From positions 156,389 to 220,388 of the forward strand of contig CM121343.1 in NCBI GenBank assembly GCA_051530055.1: a DNA stretch of 64,000 nucleotides, in the 5' to 3' direction. The notes beneath the pieces were generated by a model, which saw only the letters and a list, made by a program, of their open reading frames with translations, had not been told where the DNA came from and ran no database searches. A program made the translations under genes and the position numbers. Positions 35,568 to 46,239 of this stretch are shown piece after piece; the first letter of the stretch is position 1; each line of letters starts with the position of its first letter. This stretch comes from Neoechinorhynchus agilis. Its lineage: Eukaryota; Animalia; Acanthocephala.

Positions 35568-35957
35568 GGGCCGCAAAGGTCAACGGTGCGCCGAGATTTC
35601 ACATGATTTTTTTAAACGTTTTATAAACCTCATCATTAGTTTGTTCTTCTTTTTCTGGTCGCTGTTGGGGACTTTTGCTTTGACTTGTCCCGAACCCAGA
35701 CCTGATGCCGACCCCAAGCCCGGATAAATGAAGAGAGTTGGTGACAGGAAGGGCATCCAGCCGGGCCGCAAAGGTCAACGGTGCGCCGAGATTTCACATG
35801 ATTTTTTTAAACGTTTTATAAACCTCATCATTAGTTTGTTCTTCTTTTTCTGGTCGCTGTTGGGGACTTTTGCTTTGACTTGTCCCGAACCCAGACCTGA
35901 TGCCGACCCCAAGCCCGGATAAATGAAGAGAGTTGGCGACAGGAAGGGCATCCAGCC
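35568..35957 (+). repeat. 195-bp tandem duplication containing an RTE 5'-UTR with a twister-ribozyme-like motif
   Basis: Units 35568-35762 and 35763-35957 are nearly identical. Each contains GCCGACCCCAAGCCCGGATAAATGAAGAGAGTTGG. Confidence 0.9.
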
Positions 35958-38190
35958 TTAAAACGTGCCTCAAACTCAAACAACATCATCAAAAGTCACA
36001 ATTGGACTAGGGCGTTCCCTTCATGCGACGCGCAGATGATCCGCTCAGCATCGGATCGAGCAATTTTAGAAACGGAGTGGGCATTGTATTAGATGAGGAT
36101 CGAATAATGGCGATGAGAGTGGATCTTGGTGCTCAGAACTTGACGATAACATCTTGCTACGCTCCGCAATTTGGTCGTCCTCAACAAGAGAAGGATGATT
36201 TCTGGAAGGAGCTATATGAACTGTTAAGGACGATAGATTCATAGTCTGTGGCGACTTTAATGGTCATGTTGGGCAGAACAATCAAGCTTGCAAAGATGCC
36301 TACGGTGGAAGCAACATTGGAACACAAAATGAAGAAGGTCAACTAATCATCGATTTCGCGCTTGGAAACAAGCTCAAGATCGCGAACACCATACGTTTCC
36401 GGAGGAAGGCGTACACGGATCGACTTTATTCTTTACCCGCTCGAGAAATGGAACGAAGTCCAAAATGCAAAGATCATATCAGGAGAAACATGCACCACCG
36501 AACATTGATCTTGAGATAAAGACTTTAAGAAGATCTAAATATACGATGCCACGGAAAATCAAATGGTGGAGACTTCAGGACAGGCAGTTGGGCAATCAGT
36601 TTAAGAATGTTGTAGCTCAAAATATGGTCCAAGTGATCGAGGACGAAGCTGCGAACGTCCTCCGAAAAGCGGGAAGAGAGATATTAAGAGTAACCTCAGG
36701 AAAGACAGGTAGGAAAAGAAAACATGGTGGTAGAATGAGACAGTTCAGGAAACGATAGCTGCCAAAAAGGAAGCGAGAAAGCAGATGATATCGGACAATA
36801 GCGATCAAACTAGGGAAATGCACAAATCAGCGAAAATGCAAGCCAAAATAGCCGTGTCGACCTCGAAACGTGAAACGGATTCGGTATGCTATTCCAAAAT
36901 GCAGATTAGCAATGATTTCCCCTTTATGCTGAAAGTAGCGAAGATAAAGGACAAGAAATCCAAAGATATCACGAGGGTGCGTTTGATAAAGAACAAGGAA
37001 ATGTGCTGTGTAGGATAGCGAAATCAAAGTACGTTGGAGAGAATACTTCAATGAGATTCTAAATACTGTGAATTACGCGAAACAATCGAAAGAGGAAATT
37101 CCTATCGAAGGACTGGTGATGGAAGTCTCGGATGAAGAGGTCAACTTGGCGTTGTGCAGGATGAGGAATGGTAGGGCGACTGGACCAGACGAGATCTCAG
37201 TGGAAGTTTGGAAAGTTCTGAGCGATATGGGAATCCGGTTATTGACGATGGTCATTCGACAAATCATGCGGACGTGGCGAATACCGGACGAGTGGAGACG
37301 AAGCATTCTTATCCCGATTTTCAAGCAGAAGGGTGATATTCAGTCATGCACCAATTATCGAGGGTTTAAACTAATATGCCACACACTGAAATTGATCGAA
37401 AGGATCATCGATAAGCGGATAAGAAGAGAGACAACCATTCGGGACGACCAGAGGGGGTTTATGCCCGGAAGGAGCTGCACAGGGGCTATTTTCGAAATGC
37501 GGCAGTTATTCGAGAAATGCCACGAAAAGCAAAAGAAGTTCCATTGCGTTTTCGTTGATCTCGAAAAAGCGTTCGACACGGTACCGGGGCGATTGGTTTG
37601 GTCGTGCTTGAAAAGAAAGCTGTCCTGAAAAGCATGTTCAGGCGATTCAGGATATGTACGACAAAAGCGAAACATCCGAACGCCTGTTGGGGATACTGAG
37701 GCTTTCCAAGTAAATTTTGGTTTGCACCAAGGATCTGTTCTTGACGAGATAATTAGTAGCGTGAGCAGAGGACCCCCGTGGAACATGATGTTCGCGGACG
37801 ACATCGTTCTGTGCGGTTTCTCCCGCAAAGACCTCAACGAGGATCTCGAGAAATGGAGAGAGTCGTTCGAAGATAACGGCCTAAGGATTTGCAGGGAAAA
37901 GACAGTTTGTGTGGGGCCTGATGCTGTCAGTTTTCAGGAAAGAGCCCTAAATCGTCAAGACCACTTCCGTTATTTGGGTTCCATAGTCAACTCTGCGAGC
38001 GATATGAAGGCAGAGGTAACGACTCGAATTCAAAGCGGTTGGTCGCGGGGTAGGTTCAATAGACCCAAGAAGCGTTGGAAGGACTGTCTCCCAAAATCAG
38101 TGACCGCGTGAGGATATTGAAGCAACTCAGAATAGGGAGATGCTTAAGAAAGTGTGTGAAAACCTGGTCCAGGCGCAGCTTCGATTCTAT
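35650..38190 (+). mobile_element. Degenerate near-full-length RTE-clade LINE with internal deletions
   Basis: APE motifs NGVGIV, CYAPQ and CGDFNGHVG. RT motifs GRATGPDEI, NYRGFKLICH, QRGFMPGRSC, FVDLEKAFD and MMFADDIVL. Confidence 0.92.
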
Positions 38191-38779
38191 GTTTCTGCCT
38201 TGCCAAATTAGCGAAGATTTAGAAATGGACGAACAATCACAGGAAGTTGGCCGGAGGTTTACAAGATCTGATCACAAAGATGGAATCTGATTTGCGATGA
38301 ACCTGAAATTGGGACTGTGGAGAGAAGGTGAACCCTAGGCAATTCCTCGCTTTTTAGACGGTCTCACTCAGATATTGCTTTCTCAGTTTTTATTGTAAAT
38401 ATCATCACAACTTTAATTTAAACTGTAAAGATATCAAAGCACCGTACTTCAAGATTGATTGTTAGTTCTCAACATAACTCATTCGTACTTCGATTTGATA
38501 CCTCCAAGCAACGTGCTTCCATTCGCTTCGAAGATGAGAAACTAAGAAGTCTCCTAATGCTTCCACTCGCTTCTTATGACTTTTATTAATATTCCCGGCT
38601 TGACAACGAGCTTCTTCAAAGACTTGTTGCACTGGTGAATATATCTCAAGGATGACATTCAATTCACGATACAATCCATGCATCGAATTCATTTCCATTC
38701 ACCGGAACTTTGATTTGACCGACGTCGAATTGCTCCGGGTATTGAAGCAGATTGAGGTCCTCGATTGACTCTTATCCAT

Positions 38780-39180
38780 GCGGATTTAACAGCTTGAAGC
38801 AGTGGAATATGCTAAATACCAAGGCTCCTTTGCTGGGCATTAGAATCCAGAATGAACAGATTCAGTATGGCACGTATCGAAGCTTTGCTCACAACTTCAA
38901 TCGACAGTTGAGAATGTTATGCAGGAAGCAAGTTAAAAACTTAAATTTAAATTGAACATCGTTCCTATCCATGAGATATCCGAACATCGTTCCCTCGGGC
39001 AGGTTTCGGGAAGCGTATTATTGGGATTCATATTGGACCGCAAAAGGTGCGTTGCGGAATGGTCGACACTGTTAAAGATATTATTTTAAATATGTTCGAC
39101 GTGATCAAATACGGGTTCGTTCCTAATGGCGGGCGAGTTTATTACACAACTCGATCACAACCACCCGTCTTTACTATAAA
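38780..39180 (+). pseudogene. Trehalase (GH37) fragment A; inverted copy at 48616-49016
   Basis: IVPSGRFREAYYWDSYWT...KYGFVPNGGRVYYTTRSQPPVF are the hallmark GH37 motifs. A stop and a frameshift are present. Confidence 0.88.
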
Positions 39181-39649
39181 AGGACAAAAGATAAAGAATT
39201 TGTTCGAAGCGGTATCGGAACGATGGAAAAGTTCGATTTTCCGGTTCGGAACCGGATTGTGAGAATAAGTCGTAGGATTTGTTCGGATTTAACTGTTCGG
39301 GAAAACAATACTCAATATAAACCGATGGAAAATGCAAACTAATACTCAAGTCCTTGAAATTTGTTTCTAGCAGATTAACGTATATCACAGCCATTCCAAA
39401 GGGAGATTGGGCTCTCCGACAAACTTAAACTACTAAAACTAAACTATATCAGCCGCAAAAAGTCTTGAAAATGGGTTCCTTGGTAAGAGACAAAAATACA
39501 AACAGAACAGTAAATTCTTTTCTATAAATTTCGAACAAGGAATTCTGAGAATGAGAGCGACCATCGTAAGTTAAAAGATTCCACCCTCTAACTATACTCA
39601 ATACCGGTTCCTTACCCAGAAGTCGTACTATTTCTCCGTTGGTCCGATG

Positions 39650-39930
39650 CCGATTCTTCAAATCCTTTAATGTCCTTTCATAGAAATCGTTCACCATTAA
39701 AGTAAATACGGACGGTTGCGATCGAGTTATGTAGTAAACGCGACCGCATTCGGGAACGAATCCATATTTAATCGGACTATCGAACATATTTGAAATCATA
39801 TCCTTCACTGTATCTTCCATTCCGCACCGCACATTTGGCGGTCCACTACAAGTCCCAATAATAAACTTACTGAATGCTCCCTCCTGGAAAACGGTTTAGA
39901 TATTTCATTGGGAGAAACGATATCCAATCT
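39650..39930 (-). pseudogene. Trehalase (GH37) fragment B, tail-to-tail with A; inverted copy at 47866-48146
   Basis: FPGGSIQ*VYYWDL*WT...KYGFVPECGRVYYITRSQPSVFTLMVNDFYERT. Confidence 0.85.
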
Positions 39931-40649
39931 AAATTTATATTCTCAACTTGCGCCCCGCACAATCGATTATTGACATCAAAACAGCAGAAATTATATCGCA
40001 CTCAACATTGAAAGCCTCCTGTAGTTTGTAGAAGGAGTATTAATGGCATTGATATTATCAATCAAGAAGATAAAGACGATGAATTAAATGCCTGATGATC
40101 GCGTCCACTGCTGCTTCACCAGCATACAAAAAGTGGACGATTTTGCAGGTTTGAATCATTGGTGCAAACATGTAGATGTGAATTTTAAAACTAATTTGCA
40201 ACATGGCAACTGCGACCATATTAAAAAATCGATATGCATTTAAAAAAATCGATATGCATTAAAAATGTCAACTACGTCAATCGCAATGTTTTCGTAACCT
40301 GTTGAGGGGGAAGTTCTCAATCACATTCGGTACTGAAAAAGCAATAACTTGCTCGAAATCCAGACCAAAGGGTCTCATAGTTTGGTAAACTCCATTGGAG
40401 AAATGGTCTCACTCCTCGAATATTTCCAAGTGGATTCAAAGAGGATCCTATATTGGGAGTACCTTGTTCGTTATCACTGATCCTTTAATCATAATGTAAA
40501 ACGGGACGACCCTGAAGTACACAGTACATCTTCGCTTCAAATAAAAGCTTAAACTAATGAAGTCGATCATCGACAACAACATCAAAGTTTCTTGGTCAGA
40601 AAAATGACCCCGGCATCGTGCACGAGAACTGCTCATACTAATCGACGTT

Positions 40650-41450
40650 CGGGGTTTTGCGGATCTTGTTGAACCGAGGACACCATCGGTGGATGCAACG
40701 CACTGCTGTTCGACGAAAAGACTCCTCGGCTCTATTATAGTATTGTAATGTTCGAAATCCATTATCAAGGACTGCATTCGGGATAACATCTCTTGTTATC
40801 GTTATTTTAACCAGTGCCTCATAATCATCACCGCTCCCTGGAAACATTGGCCTATAAACCGCGAGTTCCCCGATGGTGCAACCAAGGCTCAACGCGATGG
40901 GTAAACCCACGATCATTTCCGCAGCAAGATAGTACGAAGTTTGGAGGTATTCATAAGGAGACTCTTGGTTTCGCAGTTGTACGGCAGGACCAAAATCAAT
41001 GAGTTGTTAATTGTTCAGGTGTACCCAGAAAACTGACCATCATAATGTTCCTTGGTTTCACATCTCCATGAACAATGTTCAAATCTTTTAACTTCTCTAA
41101 AGCTCGCAATATTTGGTATCTCAATCAGAGAACAATCGATTTATTTGCATTTGTCCAAATGTGTTCAAAAACACATGAAGGTCCATTTCGTAATGTTCAA
41201 AAATCATGCACCGATTATCACAGCAATTGAACATTCCGAGGGAAACTGCGATATTGGCTCGTTCTCCTTCGATTTCTTTTATTGCCTTAAACTCTTTAAG
41301 ATTTTAACTGCAAGGTTGCGGTTGGATTTCCTCTGTTTGCATTTAATGATTTTACCCGAAGCTGCCGAACGAAGGGAGATGAGTTTTAAAAAACCCGATT
41401 GTATTCTCGATTCGAATTGCATCCGTCTCCGACGATGGAAAGTAACCAGG
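40650..41450 (-). pseudogene. CMGC (HIPK/DYRK-like) protein kinase pseudogene
   Basis: Across frameshifts: FGSFG-KIIKC, LAVKILK, CMIFEHYEMDL, IVHGDVKPRNIMM, LIDFG, YLQTSYYLAAEMIVGLP and SLGCTIGEL...MFPG. The subdomain IX D-x-W is missing. Confidence 0.78.
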
Positions 41451-42046
41451 GTGGTGTCAAGTTCATTTCGCTCACTTTGACGATTCTCTACGTTCTTCGA
41501 ATCTAAAATATTCTGATCAGACTTCTCGTCTTGTTCGTTATCAGTTGTACAATGCCTTTTCTAATGGTTTGGTTTCTGTTCGTTTTATTGTCCATCTACA
41601 AGTATAAGAATCTTAAAAACTGAACGAATCCAACATCATAAAGTGTCGGCTCCTTTCTCACTTGATTTATACGCGATCGCCCCTTGGAAGCATCATTATT
41701 CCCATTTATAATTGGAACAATAAAAGTAATCTGCTCTGAGATTTATACACAAGTGAACTACTTTATTTGGTTATTCTTCTAATGTGACTTATTTACTATC
41801 GCCTTTTCAATCTAATGCTTTAAATGAAGAAGAGTCAGTTCTTGTAAAGTCGTTTAGCGCGGAGGGAAAGCATTTCGGACTCCTATCCTCATCTCCATCA
41901 TCATATAGAAGATTAAAAATTGTAGAAACTGCGAAAGGATAAGAGAACAATATAAAATAATTGCATCCGTCTCCGACGATGGAAAGTAACCAGGGTCGAA
42001 AAACGTATAAAACTGCTCTCGTGCAGCGACCAAACGTTATTAGACA

Positions 42047-42047
<1 letters not shown>

Positions 42048-42134
<87 letters not shown>
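42048..42134. repeat. 87-nt poly-C/poly-G tract flanked by the 9-bp direct repeat ATTAGACAT
   Basis: Counted directly. The repeats are at 42039-42047 and 42135-42143. Confidence 0.9.
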
Positions 42135-42736
42135 ATTAGACATTTCGATCTGTGATTCGTCATTCCTGTATTAAATCGCTTATTAATCAATCAATGTGAT
42201 TTTGAATTTACTCCTGATATTTGGGATGTTTCATAAGTATCCGCTTAGTAGCTCTCTCTGACCGATCTAATTTGTGAAAATAAATAATTTACTTTTGAAT
42301 TTCGAAGACGGTATAAAAGCAATTAGTTGCTAAACGCCATCGATGATTTGAATGATCATATCTCGATTTTTGATATCGCAGAATATTCGTCGCCCATTTC
42401 ACGATGATAGAAGTAAAATGCACATTCAAAAGCTTCAACATGAAGCCTCTTATCGATTTCTGACAAATCCCTTTAATAACAAAAGCTATTAACTTATTTC
42501 ACCGAGTAATCCCTCACTCTTGTTTTTTCGGCAGCGAATAATTGGTGCATATAATTGTTAGATTAAAAAAATTAATTCTATCATTCTATTTACCAAATGA
42601 ACTCGATAAACAATCTTTTTAACATGGAAGGATAGAAACAAAGATGATAAATTAAGTCCTGTAAATGACTTCATAGGAAACCGCAAAATTTTTCCAATTA
42701 AGAAAATATTTTATAATTTTTTAAATTATTGTTAAC

Positions 42737-42930
42737 GTCTACACCCGGTAAGTGAATATTTATTAAAGACGTTTCGAACCTCGTCGGGTTTATTATCAGT
42801 TCTAAAATACCCCGAGGAGGTTCGAAACGTCTTTAATAAATATTAATTTACTAGGGTTTATTATCAGTTCTAAAATACCCCGACGAGGTTCGAAACGTCT
42901 TTAATAAATATTCATTTACTAGGTGTAGAC
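42737..42930. repeat. Small hairpin element: ~53-bp terminal inverted repeats around an internal ~68-bp tandem duplication
   Basis: gtctacacc..gtaa.tgaatatttattaaagacgtttcgaacctcgtcggg at the left is the reverse complement of 42879-42930 with 3 mismatches. Confidence 0.85.
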
Positions 42931-43959
42931 CTAAACAAAAATTCTAATCAAATTCCCCGGTACCTCGCATATCGACATTTATATAATTTTTTATTTGCAG
43001 ATTATCGAAGCTACAATATTTTATCAAGATCTTTATGAATTAACTTTTAAAAGTATACATTTTTCTAGCTTTAACATGGACGAAAAGATTGGCGAACATA
43101 TAACTAAGAAAATATTTTTGTTTAGAATCATGAAATTGCCATCTTCTTGAAAAACTGAAGGCAATAAAGGTAATTTTGCACTGCGATTGCCCATCAAGGA
43201 TATCAATGTAAGGAGGAATGCCGGTTACCCAATCGCAGGGGCTTCGTGGGGCATTTAATGCCCCGATCCACGGGAATGGCAACCCCGCGATCCCGAGCCA
43301 TGCAGAGCAATCGGAAATCGGCTAATGCAATCTATGTTTCGGTTTTCTTTTCAGATGACAATGTTTGAAAAGGTGGGTATGGCCCACGAAATATTACAAA
43401 ATAAAACTGATTCTCGGGGTGCGAATCGCCACAAGAGGATTATTGGGCATTTGTACTCTTTTATTGCCTTTCATTGAAATGCGTTTGGAAGTCGCTGGGC
43501 ATCTTCAATAGTATTCAAAAAATTTACTTAATAAATGGAGACTAGAATTCGTTTAAGATTGCGTTAATTTTAATTCGACGTTTACACGAAACCACAATGG
43601 AATATTTTAATTTTTTTGCGGTAAAATCGATATCGCCGTTAATCTCCTTATTTTTCTTCATACTTGCAAACGATACCTACAATGCATCCTTGATCACTTC
43701 GTCACCAATGTCGAACCAATCCTACAATCACGTTCACATATCGAATTTATCACTGAAATGTATTTCTATTAATAACACTTCAGTTTCTAAGAGTTTACAC
43801 TTTTCGCCGATTAAAAAACAATTTCATTCTACAGAATAAAAAAGGGACTATAACATCGGAATACAAAACATCGAGCTTACAAATCGTTACGAACATTTCC
43901 CGTAGACCCGCATTAATGGATTAATCAATTAAGAAACACTGCGGCTCCGCGACTTCTTC

Positions 43960-45680
43960 CACTTCGGATCAAACATTCAAACCGGATCTGCAATCAATCC
44001 TGGATCCGTAATCCACCCTGGACCCGTAATCCACCCTGGATCAGACATCAACTCCGGATCCGTCATCCACTTCGGATCCAACATCATAACCGGATCCGTC
44101 ATCCACTCCGGATCCGTCATCCACGTCTGATCCAACATCAATTCCGGATCAGTCATCCAAACCGGATCCGTAATCCATCCTGGATCAGTCATCCAAACCG
44201 GATCCGTCATCCACTTCGGATCCGTCATCCACTTCGGATCCGTCATCCACTTCTGATCCAACATCCATTCCGGATCAGTGATCATAACCGGGTCCGTCAT
44301 CCACTCCGGATCCGTCATCCACTTCTGATCCAACATCCAAACCGGATCCGTCATCCACTCCGGATCCGTCATCCACTTCTGATCCAACATCCATTCCGGA
44401 TCCGTCATCCACTTCTGATCAAACATCCATTCCGGATCAGTCATCCAAACAGGATCCAACATCCATTCCGGATGCGTCATCCACTTCGGATCCAATATCC
44501 ATTCTGGATCAGTCATCCAAATCGGATCCGTCATTCACTTCTGATCCAACATCCATTCCGGATCAGTGATCCAAACCGGGTCCGTCATCCACTCCGGATC
44601 CGTCATCCACTTCTGATCCAACATCCAAACCGGATCCGTCATCCAATTCTGATCTAACATCCATTCCGGATTAGTCATCCAAACCGGATCCGTAATCCAT
44701 CCTGGATCAGTCATCCAAACCGGATCCAACATCCATTCCGGATGCCGGATCCAATATCCATTCCGGATAAGTCATCCAAATCGGATCCGTCATTCACTTC
44801 TGATCCAACATCCATTCTGGATCAGTCATCCAAACCGGATCCGTCATCCACTCCGGATCCAACATCCATTCCGGATGCGTCATCAACTTCGGATCCAATA
44901 TCCATTCTGGATCAGTCATCCAAATCGGATCCGTCATTCACTTCTGATCCAACATCCATTCCGGATCAGTGATCCAAACCGGATCCGTCATCCACTCCGG
45001 ATCCGTCATCCACTTCTGATCCAACATCCATTCCGGATCCGTCATCCACTTCGGATCCAACATCCATTCCGGATGCGTCATCACCTTCGGATCCAACATC
45101 AATTCCGGATCAGTGATCCAAACCGGATCCGTCATCCACTCCGGATCCGTCATCCACTTCTGATCCAACATCCATTCCGGATCAGTCATCCACTTCGGAT
45201 CCAACATCCATTCCGGATCAGTGATCAAAACCGGATCCGTCATCCACTCCGGATCCGTCATCCACTCCGGATCCGTCATCCACTTCTGATCCAACATCCA
45301 TTCCGGATCAGTCATCCAAACGGGATCCGTCATCCACTTCGGATCAAACATCCATTCCGGATCAGTCATCCACTCCGGATCCGTCATCCACTTCGGATCC
45401 AACATCCATTCCGGATCAGTGATAAAAACCGGATCCGTCATCCACTCCGGATCCGTCATCCACTTCGGATCCAACATCCATTCCGGATGCGTCATCCAAA
45501 CCGGATCCGTAATCCATCCTGGATCAGTCATCCAAACCGGATCCGTAATCACTTCCTGGATCAGTCATCCAAACCGGATCCGTCATCCATTCCGGATGCC
45601 GGATCCAATATCCATTCCGGATAAGTCATCCAAATCGGATCCGTCATTAACTTCTGATCCAACATCCATTCCGGATCAGT
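43960..45680. repeat. 18-bp minisatellite (CGGATCCG/GATC core) with higher-order duplications
   Basis: Reads (M/I)(T/L)D(P/Q)(E/K/V/G)W on the minus strand and (P/S)DPSS(T/K) on the plus strand. Blocks recur at about 404-bp and 850-bp spacing. A short copy lies at 54830-54865. Confidence 0.92.
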
Positions 45681-45873
45681 AAGGCCGAAATGCCGCTATT
45701 AAGTAGGGATTGGCCAACGAATCCATGGAAGCGTGTACGCGTGGACCTCGCTGGCCCAACGGTTTATTCGGTTGATTCGCTTGACATATCGAACAAGTTC
45801 CTATCTTGCTTTTGATAGCATCCTCAATTTCCGGCCAATATGCATAATATCGACCACTGAGTGAAAACGACAA
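45680..45873. mobile_element. Ty3/Gypsy integrase fragment with an internal micro-inversion
   Basis: Minus strand: RYYAYWPEIEDAIKSKIGTCSICQANQPNKP. Plus strand at 45680-45760: KAEMPLLSRDWPTNPWKRVRVDLAGP. Confidence 0.8.
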
Positions 45874-46239
45874 ACGAGTTTTAAAGCCAAAAGCTTAAAC
45901 TGTTTAGAGCAATAAGGAAATCATGAAAGATCCGACATCATAAACGAGACAAAAAGTGATCGATTAGTCGTGAGTGTCATTAAAGTCGATACAATTCTCT
46001 TAAAAACAACGAAAAGGATTGAACTTTTTAACTTTGACGGCGATAAAGTAGCGAGCACGATTCGCCAAGTCATCTGCACAACAGTCATGAACAAGAAATT
46101 GGCGGAGGATATATTAACCTTTGATTTTTGTATGTGTCATTTTCCCTAGTTAACACTTACCGATTTCAATTTTTATCTTACTTGATGAGCCGAGATACTC
46201 ATGTGCAATGCTTACTTGATTCGAGCATCCGAGAGTCGT

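Larger units (their letters stand above)
38189..40536. repeat. Left arm of a 2.35-kb inverted duplication (partner 47260-49607)
   Basis: Mirror coordinates sum to 87796 at both ends. Identical ORFs appear on opposite strands in the ORF track. Confidence 0.97.

Noticed and set aside
41807-42190. Poly-Gly and poly-Pro ORFs
   Set aside because: Simply translations of the C87 tract.
43977-44940. UGA=Trp reassignment suggested by TGA at Trp positions of the hexapeptide array
   Set aside because: Three of the four TGAs are copies of one variant. The TFIIA-like, Derlin, Gly/Tyr and 281-aa genes all use TGA as a terminal stop and TGG for Trp.
44875-45624. 249-aa RIRHPL-repeat ORF
   Set aside because: Third-frame read of the 18-bp array, with no non-repetitive coding flanks.
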